A model generated the notes under the pieces. The model had not been told where the DNA came from, made no database searches, and saw only the letters and a program-made list of their open reading frames with translations. DNA of 64,000 nucleotides, taken from positions 142,392-206,391 of the forward strand of contig CAYTCJ010000001.1 in assembly GCA_964436545.1 (NCBI GenBank). Direction: 5' to 3'. Every line of letters starts with the position of its first letter. The first letter of the stretch is position 1. Positions 46,716 to 57,389 of the stretch are shown piece by piece. This stretch comes from an uncultured Candidatus Saccharibacteria bacterium (GTDB taxonomy: Bacteria > Patescibacteriota > Doudnabacteria > UBA920). The translations under genes were made by a program, and so were the position numbers.

Positions 46716-47825
46716 ATGCCCAAAGTAATAATTATTCAAGTCATATATAATAACCGAAAATGGATTGAGCCGGTGTTTAGCGCGATTTTCAAGCAAACTT
46801 TTTCGGATTTTAAAGTGGTGGTAGTTATTGCAGGGAATGAAGATGGGAGTAAAGAATTGTTGTTAGAAAAATTTCCACAGGCCAAGTCCCGTACCGTGGA
46901 CGAATTTTTACAAAATTCGGACTCTGGTACTGGGATGGAAATAATTGACCCAGGCTATAACATTGGTTTTGCCAAGGGGCATAATTTGGTGTTTGAGAAA
47001 TACTGCAACCCCTCCCTTACCCTCCCCATAAAGGGGAGGGAAGAAGAAGGGGTGGAGTTTTTTCAACTAGTTAATCCAGATATGATTATGGAGCCTAATT
47101 ATATTGAGGAGATGTTAAAGGCTTTTAAAGATGAAACAGTGGGGGGAGCGACGGGCAAGCTTTTTAAAATAGCGAGTAGTGAAGAGAGAATAGAGAATAG
47201 AACAGAAAAGATTTTGGATACGACAGGTGTAATAATACAAAAATCCGGTAGGGCCTATGACAGAGGACAGCACGAAGTAGATAAGGGTCAGTATGATTCT
47301 GCTGTGCTGGTGGATGCAGTCTCTGGTGCTGGGGCAATGTATAGGAAAACAGCTTTAGAAGCTGTTAAATATCAAATTCTAAAAAATAAAAACCAAACAA
47401 ATTCCAAATCAATATTATCTACTACCCAACACGAATTTTTTGACGAAGATTTTCATTCTTATTGGGAAGATGTGGACTTAAGCTGGCGGATGAAAAACTT
47501 AGGCTGGAAAAATGTTTTTGTGCCAACTGCGGTGGGTTATCACGGCCGGACTGCCGGGTCATCGCAAGGTGGCTATTGGCGTTTAGTTGATTTTATTCGC
47601 CATCATCGCGCTTTGCCCTTACGCATTCGGCAGTTGAATTACCAAAACCATCTTTTAATGTATATAAAAAATTCACCTTATTTTTACCCGCAGTTTTTTA
47701 TTAGAGAAGTTTTTATGTTGTGTTATGTGTTAATTTTTGAAACCTCGGTTTTAAAAATTATACCCCAACTAATAAAATTACTTCCTCAAGTGTGGAAGAA
47801 AAGAAAATATTTTTATGAGAGATAA
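46716..47825 (+). CDS. GT2-family glycosyltransferase (rhamnosyltransferase-like)
   Basis: N-terminal GT-A fold; DVDLSWRMKNLGWK; G/C-hairpin insertion at ~47005-47055. Confidence 0.75.
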   Translation: MPKVIIIQVIYNNRKWIEPVFSAIFKQTFSDFKVVVVIAGNEDGSKELLLEKFPQAKSRTVDEFLQNSDSGTGMEIIDPGYNIGFAKGHNLVFEKYCNPSLTLPIKGREEEGVEFFQLVNPDMIMEPNYIEEMLKAFKDETVGGATGKLFKIASSEERIENRTEKILDTTGVIIQKSGRAYDRGQHEVDKGQYDSAVLVDAVSGAGAMYRKTALEAVKYQILKNKNQTNSKSILSTTQHEFFDEDFHSYWEDVDLSWRMKNLGWKNVFVPTAVGYHGRTAGSSQGGYWRLVDFIRHHRALPLRIRQLNYQNHLLMYIKNSPYFYPQFFIREVFMLCYVLIFETSVLKIIPQLIKLLPQVWKKRKYFYER

Positions 47826-48549
47826 TTATTTTAAGGAATTGTATTCAAATACAAACACTTTTCATTCTTATCAAGATGTTAAAGAAGCAAAAAGTTATTC
47901 AGATATAGTACTGTCCGAAGTCCGCCTACCGAGTGACCCATTAATTTTAGATTGCGCATCAGGTGTAGGGTTTGAAGCAGAAGACTTAAGGGCTAAGTTT
48001 AGAGGTAAAGTAATTGAATTAGATATATCAACGAATGGTAGATCTGGAAAAGATAATCAAAAGTTTGTTCAAGCAGATATTAATGCCCTGCCTTTTCCCA
48101 ACAATCAGTTTGATTTTGTGCATATAAAAGATGCTTTAATTCATTGTGAGCCTGATAATTTTTTTTCTGAAGCGTCTAGAGTTTTAAAACCAGGAGGGCA
48201 GTTATTGGTTGTAGTTAATTGTGTCCCAGAAAATGGACCAAATAGAAAATATTTTACAGTAATTTCCGATGGAAAAATATTAAGTGAAGCGGGCTTTTCT
48301 GATTTAAATGATTTTATCAAAAGATCCTCAATAGCAAAAAATGTTTATAAACAAACAGGTTATAATTCTGTTGAGATTTCACCACCCTATTTTGCATATA
48401 GAGCAAGTGTATATAAAGAAAAAGCAAAACAATTTGGATTGGAGACAATACCCTTCTCAACGATTATTTGGCACCCAAGTTCAGGTGAAAGTAATTGGGG
48501 AAATTTTAAGAGAAATATTTTTCTTTTTAAAAAAAGTGTTGTGCAATAA
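47815..48549 (+). CDS. Class I SAM-dependent methyltransferase
   Basis: ILDCASGVGF; LKPGGQLLVVV. Confidence 0.75.
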   Translation: MRDNYFKELYSNTNTFHSYQDVKEAKSYSDIVLSEVRLPSDPLILDCASGVGFEAEDLRAKFRGKVIELDISTNGRSGKDNQKFVQADINALPFPNNQFDFVHIKDALIHCEPDNFFSEASRVLKPGGQLLVVVNCVPENGPNRKYFTVISDGKILSEAGFSDLNDFIKRSSIAKNVYKQTGYNSVEISPPYFAYRASVYKEKAKQFGLETIPFSTIIWHPSSGESNWGNFKRNIFLFKKSVVQ

Positions 48550-48556
48550 AATTACT

Positions 48557-49435
48557 ATGCATTTATCAATCATAATTTTATCGTATAATTCCCAAACCGA
48601 TTTGGAGCAATTATTGCCCAGTGTTTTTAGCAGTGAAGGGGTGGGGTTTAACCCTCACAGTAATAAGAGTTATCAAGCTGAGGTGATTGTGGTGGATAAT
48701 GGCTCAAAAGACGTTACGGTGGAGTATTTACAGACTGTTAATTTTCCATTAAAGACGATACTAAATACCAATACCGGTTTTGCTCATGGAAATAATTTAG
48801 GCATAAGGCAGGCAAAGGGGGATTATATTTTACTTTTAAACCCCGATACTAAATTAGAACCAAATACTTTACGAGTTATGCTGGAGTTTATGGAAAAAAA
48901 TCATGATGTGGGAATTGCGGGTTGTAAACTCATTAAGGCAGATGGGAGTTTGGATTTAGCTTGTCGGCGAAGATTTCCCAATCTTAAAAATGCATTTTAT
49001 AAATTATTTTTGGGGAATAACCGTGATTACAATTATACGGAAATTAACGAAGATCAGAGTATGGAAGTAGATAGTGTGGTGGGCGCATTTTTGTTAATTA
49101 GAAAATCAGTTATTGAAAAAATTGGCCTGTTAGACGAAACTTTTTTTATGTATGGGGAAGATTTAGACTGGTGTTGGCGCTGTAAGGCCTCGGGTAAAAA
49201 AGTTTGGTATTATCCTAAGGCGGTTTGCTACCACTACAAAGGCTCGTCTTCGGCCAAGGTTTCGTTTAAAGCTTTGGGCTGGTTTTACGAGGCTATGTGG
49301 ATTTTTTATAAAAAACACTATTTAGCTCAAAGTAATTGGGTAACGGGAGGATTAGTGTGGATAGCAATAAAAATTAGATATTTGACGGCCATAAGTATCA
49401 ATTGGTTTAGAAAAGAAAAATTTGTGAGCAAATAA
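48557..49435 (+). CDS. GT2-family glycosyltransferase
   Basis: MHLSIIILSYNS; VVDNGSKD; DWCWRCKASGKKVWYYP. Confidence 0.8.
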   Translation: MHLSIIILSYNSQTDLEQLLPSVFSSEGVGFNPHSNKSYQAEVIVVDNGSKDVTVEYLQTVNFPLKTILNTNTGFAHGNNLGIRQAKGDYILLLNPDTKLEPNTLRVMLEFMEKNHDVGIAGCKLIKADGSLDLACRRRFPNLKNAFYKLFLGNNRDYNYTEINEDQSMEVDSVVGAFLLIRKSVIEKIGLLDETFFMYGEDLDWCWRCKASGKKVWYYPKAVCYHYKGSSSAKVSFKALGWFYEAMWIFYKKHYLAQSNWVTGGLVWIAIKIRYLTAISINWFRKEKFVSK

Positions 49436-49477
49436 TAAATTATGGTATAGTAATTTAAGAATCATTAACAAAATATT

Positions 49478-50731
49478 ATGGAGAATGAACCAACAGATTT
49501 AACTCAAAATTTAGAAACTAAACAAAAGATTGCCAAACGCCGACAAGTGGTTTTGTGCATAATTCTGTTGATTTTAGCTTATCGCGTGGGCTACACTTCG
49601 GGCCAAAAGGGTTATGAATTTAATCCTAAAGCTTTTAAAATTGTCAATAAAAACGATACCACTCAAGTGGTGGATTACAATTTGCTTTGGGACACCTTAA
49701 AGGTGGTGGATAATAAATTTATAGAAAAGCACCCTAACCAAGAAGCTATTTTGTATGGCGCCATAAAAGGCGCGGTGGCCAGTTATGGCGACCCTTATAC
49801 CGCATTTTTTGAACCTAAAGAACTTACATCTTTTAAAACCGACTTAGCCGGAAGTTTCGATGGGATTGGCGCGGAAATTGGTAAAAAAGATGGCAATATT
49901 GTAATTGTGGCGCCGTTAGATGATATGCCGGCGCAAAAAGCGGGAATTTTGGCCAAAGATATTTTGTTAGAAGTTAATGGCGAATCGGTGGTTAACTGGT
50001 CGGTGGAAGAAGTGGTGAGTAAAATTAGAGGTCCCAAAGGCACGAAAGTAAAAATAAAAATTTTCCGCGAGGGGAAAACCGCACCTTTGGATTTTGAAAT
50101 TACCAGACAAAAAATTGAAATTAAGAGCGTTAAGCTGGAATTTAAAGAGCTGAACAATAAAAAATTAGCTGTGGTAAAAATTAATCGTTTTGGCGATGAT
50201 ACTTTAGGCTTAATGCAAAAAGCCGTAAATGATATTTTAGCCGGTGGGTCTGCCGGAATAATTTTGGATTTAAGAAATAATCCGGGCGGATATTTAACTA
50301 CCGCAGTAGATATTGCTTCGTTTTGGGTGGAGAATGGCTTAACCGTGGTGAGTGAAGAAAAAGCGAATGCCGAAGCGCAAAAACATTTAGCCGGTGGCAA
50401 CAACCGGTTAGCTAAAATTCCCACTGTGGTGTTAATTAATGGCGGGAGTGCTTCGGCTTCGGAAATTTTAGCCGGTGCCTTGCAAGATTATAATTTGGCC
50501 AAATTAGTGGGTGAAAAATCTTTTGGCAAAGGCAGTGTGCAAGAACTTATCGATTTACAAAAAGGCACTGCGGTTAAGGTTACGGTAGCTAAGTGGATTA
50601 CGCCTAACGGTAAAAATTTAAATAAGGAAGGTTTACACCCTAACGTAGAAGTAAAATTGACCGATGAAGACATAAAGGCCGATAAAGATCCGCAAATGGA
50701 CGAAGCTACCAAACTAATTACAAATAACTAA
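49478..50731 (+). CDS. ctpA: Carboxy-terminal processing peptidase (S41)
   Basis: GIGAEIG; PDZ segment; GSASASEILAGALQD. Confidence 0.85.
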   Translation: MENEPTDLTQNLETKQKIAKRRQVVLCIILLILAYRVGYTSGQKGYEFNPKAFKIVNKNDTTQVVDYNLLWDTLKVVDNKFIEKHPNQEAILYGAIKGAVASYGDPYTAFFEPKELTSFKTDLAGSFDGIGAEIGKKDGNIVIVAPLDDMPAQKAGILAKDILLEVNGESVVNWSVEEVVSKIRGPKGTKVKIKIFREGKTAPLDFEITRQKIEIKSVKLEFKELNNKKLAVVKINRFGDDTLGLMQKAVNDILAGGSAGIILDLRNNPGGYLTTAVDIASFWVENGLTVVSEEKANAEAQKHLAGGNNRLAKIPTVVLINGGSASASEILAGALQDYNLAKLVGEKSFGKGSVQELIDLQKGTAVKVTVAKWITPNGKNLNKEGLHPNVEVKLTDEDIKADKDPQMDEATKLITNN

Positions 50732-50747
50732 TATCTATAAATAATAT

Positions 50748-51068
50748 ATGAATTACTGGAAAAAGCCGGAAAAGCCTCAGTTGCCAGAAATGTATGGCTT
50801 TAGGGCGACAGAAAGAGTGTATATAAAAGGCAATCCTAAAGAGGTGTATCAGGTATGTAATTTTGTTAATGGTTTAGTGGTATTATTGCGGATATCGCCA
50901 GAAACTGTAGATAACCCATTGCATCAAAGACAATTTTCAAAAGAAACATTCAGAGCTCGACCAGAAGATATGATTAGTTATGATAAAGATACAAAGCGAG
51001 ATGAATTAGTTGATAAAATATTAGATGCAAAAGACAAATTAGATGCAACAAAAAGAAAAAAACTTTAA
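50748..51068 (+). CDS. Hypothetical protein (106 aa)
   Basis: ORF only. Confidence 0.4.
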   Translation: MNYWKKPEKPQLPEMYGFRATERVYIKGNPKEVYQVCNFVNGLVVLLRISPETVDNPLHQRQFSKETFRARPEDMISYDKDTKRDELVDKILDAKDKLDATKRKKL

Positions 51069-51101
51069 AGGTTATAAAAAAGGTTGCTGATTAAATTTCT
51101 T

Positions 51102-52898
51102 ATGAAAATTACCGCACAGGAATTAAGAACTAAATATCTGGAATTCTTTCAAACTAAAGGGCATACCATTATTCCTTCGGCGTCTTTAGTGCCGGCCAAT
51201 GATTCTTCGGTGTTATTTACCACAGCCGGTATGCATCCGTTGGTGCCATATTTATTGGGCGAACCTCACCCGGGCGGAAAGCGAGTGGCCAATGTGCAAA
51301 AATGTGTTCGAACGGGCGACATAGACGAAGTGGGTGACGAAACTCACAATACTTTTTTTGAAATGCTGGGTAATTGGAGTTTTGGAGATTATTTTAAACA
51401 AGAAGCCATAGCGTGGAGCTTTGAATTTTTAACTGACCCGAAATGGCTTGGACTCCCGTTAAATCGACTAGCTTTTACCTGTTTTGCAGGCGATGAAGAT
51501 GCGCCCAAAGATACTCAATCAGCCGAAATTTGGAAAAGCTTGGGTGTGCCGGAAACACGTATTTCATTTTTACCTAAAGAAAAAAATTGGTGGATTGCGG
51601 GCGAAACCGGACCTTGTGGGCCTGATACCGAAATGCATTATTGGATAGACGATGGCACACCGGCGCCGGATAGTTATGATCCCAACGAACCGCGTTGGGT
51701 GGAAATTTGGAATGATGTGTTTATGCAGTTTGAAAAAATGGCAGATGGCACATTAGTCCCATTAAAAAAACCGAATGTAGATACGGGTTTGGGTTTAGAT
51801 AGAGTATTGGCGGTATTAAACGGCCAAAAGAGCGTGTATGATACCGATTTGTTTAAGCCCATGTGGGAAGTGATTGGACTTCAAAATGAAATCTTAAGTC
51901 ATGGTGAAATTAAAAAAGCGCGCATTATTTTAGACCATATTCGCGCCAGTGTGTTTATTGTGAGCGATGGCGTTGAGCCTTCTAACAAAGACCGCGGTTA
52001 TGTTTTAAGACGACTATTAAGAAGAAGTTTGGTCATGGGTAAATTATTAAATATAAAAGGTGAATGGCTAAAAGCTTTAGTCGGACAGGTAATTTTTACC
52101 TATGCTTCACCTTATACCGAACTTAGAGATAACAGCGAAAGAATCTTTAACATTATTGAGGCGGAAAAAAACAAATTTGAAGTCACCTTGGAAAAAGGGC
52201 TGAAGCAATTAGAATTAGGAATTAAGAATTATGAATTAGGAATTACGGGAAAAATTGCTTTTGACTTGTATCAGACATATGGTTTTCCCAAAGAACTTAC
52301 CAAAGAATTGGCAGTACAATCCGGTCAAATTTTTGATGAAGCAAAAGAATTGGAATATAATCAAGAATTTAAAAAGCACCAAGAGCTCTCCAGAACCGCC
52401 AGTGCGGGACAGTTTAAAGGGGGACTAGCCAGTCATAGTGATAAAATTGTGCGCTTGCATACCGCTACTCATTTGTTAAATGCCGGTTTAAGGCAAGTTT
52501 TAGGCGATAAGGTGTGGCAAAAGGGGAGTAATATTACGGAAGAACGCACTCGATTTGATTTTACTCACGATAAAAAATTAACCCCCGAAGAAATTTTGGC
52601 TGTGGAAAGTTTAGTGAATGATTGGATAGCCAGAGATTTAAAAGTTAAAAGAGAAGTTATGCCTTTAGAAAAAGCTAGGGAACTGGGTGCCATTGGTGTA
52701 TTTGGCGAAAAGTATGCGAGTGAAGTGTCTATTTATACAGTTTACGATGCCAATTCAGGCGAAATTGTCAGTCGGGAATTTTGTGGGGGTCCGCATGTGG
52801 AGCACACAGGCAGTATTGGGCATTTTAAAATCCAAAAAGAAGAAGCTTCCTCGGCTGGGGTAAGGCGAATTAAAGGTGTAATACAGGATAAAGGCTAA
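51102..52898 (+). CDS. alaS: Alanyl-tRNA synthetase, short form lacking the C-Ala domain
   Basis: KYLEFFQTKGHTIIPSASLVP.NDSSVLFTTAGM; editing-site HTATHLLN and CGGPHV. Confidence 0.9.
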   Translation: MKITAQELRTKYLEFFQTKGHTIIPSASLVPANDSSVLFTTAGMHPLVPYLLGEPHPGGKRVANVQKCVRTGDIDEVGDETHNTFFEMLGNWSFGDYFKQEAIAWSFEFLTDPKWLGLPLNRLAFTCFAGDEDAPKDTQSAEIWKSLGVPETRISFLPKEKNWWIAGETGPCGPDTEMHYWIDDGTPAPDSYDPNEPRWVEIWNDVFMQFEKMADGTLVPLKKPNVDTGLGLDRVLAVLNGQKSVYDTDLFKPMWEVIGLQNEILSHGEIKKARIILDHIRASVFIVSDGVEPSNKDRGYVLRRLLRRSLVMGKLLNIKGEWLKALVGQVIFTYASPYTELRDNSERIFNIIEAEKNKFEVTLEKGLKQLELGIKNYELGITGKIAFDLYQTYGFPKELTKELAVQSGQIFDEAKELEYNQEFKKHQELSRTASAGQFKGGLASHSDKIVRLHTATHLLNAGLRQVLGDKVWQKGSNITEERTRFDFTHDKKLTPEEILAVESLVNDWIARDLKVKREVMPLEKARELGAIGVFGEKYASEVSIYTVYDANSGEIVSREFCGGPHVEHTGSIGHFKIQKEEASSAGVRRIKGVIQDKG

Positions 52899-53009
52899 GT
52901 ATTTAGGGTTAAGGTTTAAGAAAAAATGATTGTCTTATTCCTCCCAAAAAAATAAATAAGGATACAATGTAATTTTTATTGAGCGGTTTTTGGTAGAAAT
53001 TTTAAATCT

Positions 53010-53366
53010 ATGGCTGAATATCCAATAAATCCCGAAGTTTGGGCAGAAAATTTTTTTACCGCAGAGGTAGTTGATGCTGATGATCCGAAGTCACTAATAA
53101 AAAGAACCAGGTTTATAATAACCGAAACAGGTAAAATACTTATTGGTTATCAACATAGTGACATTATAAAATTTGGCGGTGCCACTGTATTCTCTAATTT
53201 AGATGGAGTTTACAAGTATCATCTTATAGATGAAAAAAATAAAATTATGTTTTATAAAGATGATGCTGGAATAAAGCAATTATTTAATTTTCAATTAAGT
53301 GATGCTGACATAGAGATAGTTAAAAAAGTGATTGCAAGAAAAATTAAAGCTGTGCTTGGATACTAA
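53010..53366 (+). CDS. Hypothetical protein (118 aa)
   Basis: ORF only. Confidence 0.4.
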   Translation: MAEYPINPEVWAENFFTAEVVDADDPKSLIKRTRFIITETGKILIGYQHSDIIKFGGATVFSNLDGVYKYHLIDEKNKIMFYKDDAGIKQLFNFQLSDADIEIVKKVIARKIKAVLGY

Positions 53367-53367
53367 T

Positions 53368-54537
53368 ATGAATTTAAAATTTTACAATTGCCCGGAGCCG
53401 GCTGAGTTAGATACAGGCCTTTTACCCAAAGAGGTAAATTTTTTAAGTTACCTGCCGGATTTTAAGTTATTGGAAGCTTTTAAATTAGCTTATGCCGACT
53501 ACAAAAATATTTTAATTATCGGACACGGGGGCAGTATTACCAGCTCGGATGCATTTTATAACAGCCTTAAATATTCTTTGGAATTAAAAAGAGTGGAATT
53601 TTTAAATACCACAGATCCCGATTATATTAATTTTTTAAAGCACAGTTTAAACCCCAAAGAAACTTTGATTTTGGCAATTTCCAAAGCGGGTGAAACTATA
53701 ACTCAGTGGGAAATGCTCACGCAATTTTTAGATTTTTCCATTGTGGTGGTAACGCAAAAGAGTAGTCCGCTGAGAGCTTTAGCGGAAAAACTCAATTTAA
53801 AAATTGTTACTCATCCGCCCATTGGCGGACGGTATACCGGTTTAACGGAAGTGGGTTTATTGCCTGCGGAATTATGTGGAATATCCGGCAAAGCCATTTT
53901 AGCCGGAGCCAAGGCGGTGTATGCCAATTTTTACAAAGCCAATCCCGCATGGAATTTGGCCTCGGTTTTGTTTCAACTGGAAGCGCAAGGCAAGGTAGAT
54001 GTGTTCATGCCTTTTTATAGTCAGGCGTTGTTTGCTTTTAATAAAATTATTATTCAGTTATGTCACGAAAGTTTTGGCAAAGCCGGTAAAGGACAAACTT
54101 TTTTTGCCCACGAATCTCCGGAGAGTCAGCACCATACTAATCAAAGATTTTTTGGTGGACAAAAAAATATTTGCGGTTTGTTTATCAGCCAGCAACGTTT
54201 CAAACACAATCTGCTAAGTGTGTATCCGGCTCAAACTCACAGTGTGCAAATTAAGGGCCATAGTTTGTTTGATATTAACAAAATTCCGTTAGCGGAATCT
54301 ATGCACAGTGAACTTCTGGGAACTTTGCAAAATGCGCAAGTGGCGGGGATTCCCAGTATGCATTTGGAAATTTCGGAAATTACTTTGGAAAAAATGGGTG
54401 AATTTATGGCTTTTTGGCAGATCTTTGCAGTCTATGCTTCGGTATTAAGACAGGTGGATCCTTTTAACCAGCCCGAGGTGGAAAACAGCAAAAATATTTC
54501 CTTCACTAATCGATTAAAGTTTAAGGGGTTGTTGTAG
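53368..54537 (+). CDS. pgi: Probable glucose-6-phosphate isomerase (short SIS-domain type)
   Basis: IIGHGGS; AISKAGETITQWE resembles the PGI SKTFTTxET segment. Confidence 0.5.
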   Translation: MNLKFYNCPEPAELDTGLLPKEVNFLSYLPDFKLLEAFKLAYADYKNILIIGHGGSITSSDAFYNSLKYSLELKRVEFLNTTDPDYINFLKHSLNPKETLILAISKAGETITQWEMLTQFLDFSIVVVTQKSSPLRALAEKLNLKIVTHPPIGGRYTGLTEVGLLPAELCGISGKAILAGAKAVYANFYKANPAWNLASVLFQLEAQGKVDVFMPFYSQALFAFNKIIIQLCHESFGKAGKGQTFFAHESPESQHHTNQRFFGGQKNICGLFISQQRFKHNLLSVYPAQTHSVQIKGHSLFDINKIPLAESMHSELLGTLQNAQVAGIPSMHLEISEITLEKMGEFMAFWQIFAVYASVLRQVDPFNQPEVENSKNISFTNRLKFKGLL

Positions 54538-54609
54538 CTTGCTAATGGTTGGGTAAATTCAGTATAATGTTAAAAGATGCCTATAAATACCTAATCTCTT
54601 TACCTATTT

Positions 54610-56289
54610 ATGATAGCTACGGTTTACATAAATTTAGAAGATGATGTTGCCAAAATTGTTGCCAGAATAAAAAAAGTTCGAGGTGGGGAAATCGTCTTGG
54701 TATGTCCGAAGCGATGTTTTTTATTTTCCGACAAAGTAAATTTGGGATTGCTAAAAAAGCAAACTGATTTTTTAGGAAAAAAGATCAGTATTTTAACAAT
54801 GGATGACAAAGGTCAAAACTTTGCCAAAGACGCAGGTTTTGAAATTAAGCCTTTTCCCAAAAGTGGTTTTAGACCTTTGGCTGTATCCGATATACAAATT
54901 AATAAATTACAGAAAAAAGATTCCGAGCCAATGGCGGGTGCGCCCAATCAAATTTCCAAAGCAGTCAAGGAAGTTAGTAATTTCGTTAGCGGATTAGTGG
55001 CAAAAAAACCTGAGTCAACGGAAAATTTACTCGGTCAAAGATCCTCGTTAAAATTAAAACCGGCGACCAAAATCTCAAATCCTATCACCCTTACAAATGG
55101 GGCTTTGGCCACCAAACCCACGAAAGCCAAATCCAGTCACTTAAAGATTATTTCCTTTGTGGCTTTATTATCTGTAATTTTATGTTTAGGTTTATTTTTT
55201 ATAGTTTTGCCGGAGGCTCAAGTGGTTATTTATCCCAAATCGGAAACGTTAATTAGAGATTTTGATATTTCTCTAGATAGCTCCGTAGCCACAGTGGATG
55301 TGGCCGGTTTAATCCTGCCAGCCACAAAAATTTCCGAAAATTTTACTCAGACCGGCAAGTTTCAGAGTCAAGGTAAAAAAGATGTGGGCAATAAGGCTAG
55401 CGGGTATGTGAGAATCTATAACTTTACCGGACAAACTTTAAATTTAAAAGCCGAAACCACCACTTTAAATGCTTCCGGTAAGGTTTATAAGTTGGCCAAT
55501 GATGCTTTACAAATTAAACCCGTAAAATACAAAAATCCCAAAACCAAAGAAATCGATGAATCCAGTTTATCGGAAGCCTTGGCAATCATTGCGACAGCAG
55601 GCGGTGAAAGCTATAATTTGCCTGCCGGTTTAAGGCTGGAAATTAGTAATACCGTGTTCGGCAGTCGTCCTCAGTTATTGTATGCCAAAACCGACGACCC
55701 GATTACCGGGGGCTATACTCGGTATCTTTCCGTGGTGTCCCAAGAAGATGTAAATTTTGCCCGAGAAGAATTGGGTAAAGAAATTTTAAACACTCTCAAG
55801 CAAAAAATTTCCGAATCCGGTTTGGAATTACCGGATGGCGGTTACCGGATGGAAGTTTTGGATTATTCCACCGATAAGTCCATTAATACCGAATCTCCCA
55901 GTTTTAATGCGAAGCTCGCGGTTAAAATTGTTGGGGTGGCATTTTCCAAAAATAATTTTATAGCTCTGGTTAAAGGCAGACTATTGCAAGGACTGTCGGA
56001 AAATAAAGATTTGGATTTGGAAAATCAAACCACAATGGTTAAGCAATTTAAAAATATTGATTTGAATTCGTTTAACGCCAACCTCTCGGTGCATTTGGAG
56101 ACTAAAATATTTTCCAAATTGGTTCTAAGCGAATATTATGAAAAGTTAAAAGGAAAAAATATAAAGAGTGCGAATGAGTTTTTGCTTGCCGATGAAAATC
56201 TTGAGAAGGTAGAGGTAACTTTACTTCCCGCGTGGCAAAAAACTTTTCCACTAATTAAAAGTAGGATAAAAATTATCATTAATAAATAA
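54610..56289 (+). CDS. Hypothetical membrane-anchored protein (559 aa)
   Basis: ORF with one TM helix. Confidence 0.5.
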   Translation: MIATVYINLEDDVAKIVARIKKVRGGEIVLVCPKRCFLFSDKVNLGLLKKQTDFLGKKISILTMDDKGQNFAKDAGFEIKPFPKSGFRPLAVSDIQINKLQKKDSEPMAGAPNQISKAVKEVSNFVSGLVAKKPESTENLLGQRSSLKLKPATKISNPITLTNGALATKPTKAKSSHLKIISFVALLSVILCLGLFFIVLPEAQVVIYPKSETLIRDFDISLDSSVATVDVAGLILPATKISENFTQTGKFQSQGKKDVGNKASGYVRIYNFTGQTLNLKAETTTLNASGKVYKLANDALQIKPVKYKNPKTKEIDESSLSEALAIIATAGGESYNLPAGLRLEISNTVFGSRPQLLYAKTDDPITGGYTRYLSVVSQEDVNFAREELGKEILNTLKQKISESGLELPDGGYRMEVLDYSTDKSINTESPSFNAKLAVKIVGVAFSKNNFIALVKGRLLQGLSENKDLDLENQTTMVKQFKNIDLNSFNANLSVHLETKIFSKLVLSEYYEKLKGKNIKSANEFLLADENLEKVEVTLLPAWQKTFPLIKSRIKIIINK

Positions 56290-56391
56290 TGGCTTAAATA
56301 AGCGATAAAAAATATTTTTTGCCTTACCCTTTGACAAAATTTATATTTTATAATAAAATTATCAAGATTATTAATTATCTGGTAAATCCAT

Positions 56392-56640
56392 TTGTCTAGC
56401 ACTCAAGAATTTAGCCAGCAAGGATCAAAAAAAGATTCCTTTGAATTAGAGGGCAAAGTAATTGAAAATTTGCCCAACGCTCTTTTTCGCGTTCAATTAA
56501 ATTCCGGTCAAACTGTCTTAGGTCACTTGTCCGGAAAAATGCGTGTAAACATGATAAAGGTATTACCTGGTGATAAAGTTATCATTGAGCTTACCGCTTA
56601 CGATTTAACCAAAGGTAGAATTACCAAAAGATTAAGATAG
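56392..56640 (+). CDS. infA: Translation initiation factor IF-1
   Basis: [25 protein letters not shown]...[23 protein letters not shown]. Confidence 0.9.
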   Translation: MSSTQEFSQQGSKKDSFELEGKVIENLPNALFRVQLNSGQTVLGHLSGKMRVNMIKVLPGDKVIIELTAYDLTKGRITKRLR

Positions 56641-56676
56641 CATTTGCTAAATCTTAACCGCTAAACGCTAATAAAT

Positions 56677-56790
56677 ATGAAAGTTAGAGCTTCCGTAAAA
56701 CCGATTTGTAAAAAGTGTAAAATCGTTAAACGATTTGGCAGGATTTTTGTTATTTGTGAAAATCCTAAACATAAACAAAGACAAGGTTAA
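56677..56790 (+). CDS. rpmJ: 50S ribosomal protein L36
   Basis: [37 protein letters not shown] (not in the supplied ORF track, being <60 aa). Confidence 0.9.
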   Translation: MKVRASVKPICKKCKIVKRFGRIFVICENPKHKQRQG

Positions 56791-56859
56791 TTAATCTACC
56801 TATTAACCGATTATTTTAATTGGTTATAAATTTATCATTATAAATTATTTAAACTATCT

Positions 56860-57249
56860 ATGGCTCGTATTGCAGGTATAAACATTCCCAACGAAAAAAC
56901 CATTGTGGCATCCTTACCTTATATTTACGGGGTGGGTTGGCCTTTGGCGCGAAAAATTTTAAATGAGGTAAAAGTTAGTCCTCATAAAAGAACTAAAGAT
57001 TTAACCGAAGTGGAATTAAACAAGATTCGCGATTATATTGAAAAGAGTTTTAAAGTTGAAGGGGAGTTAAAGCAACAAGTCTTGTTAAACATTAAAAGAC
57101 TTAAAGAAATTTCCGCTTATCGTGGTATTAGGCATATGCGGGGTTTACCGGTTAGAGGTCAACGAACTAAAACCAATTCCCGCACCCGCCGAGGTAATGT
57201 AAGAAAAACCGCAGGCTCTGGCAGAAAATCCGCTTCGGAAAAGACCTAA
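56860..57249 (+). CDS. rpsM: 30S ribosomal protein S13
   Basis: [10 protein letters not shown]... Confidence 0.95.
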   Translation: MARIAGINIPNEKTIVASLPYIYGVGWPLARKILNEVKVSPHKRTKDLTEVELNKIRDYIEKSFKVEGELKQQVLLNIKRLKEISAYRGIRHMRGLPVRGQRTKTNSRTRRGNVRKTAGSGRKSASEKT

Positions 57250-57252
57250 TTA

Positions 57253-57300
57253 GGATTTACGCTCTTGCCACTTAAACTTCCGCAGAGCCGAAGTTCTAAT
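57253..57300 (+). mobile_element. Truncated copy E of the MITE-like repeat (5' TIR plus first hairpin only)
   Basis: GGATTTACGCTCTTGCCACTTAAACTTCCGCAGAGCCGAAGTTCTAA right after the rpsM stop. Confidence 0.6.
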
Positions 57301-57389
57301 TAGCTTGTGCCAATCTGTAGAACATTCCGGAATTTCTTCTGAAAAATATTATTTAAAACGGATTCTAATTAGCTAATATTTAAAACTTT

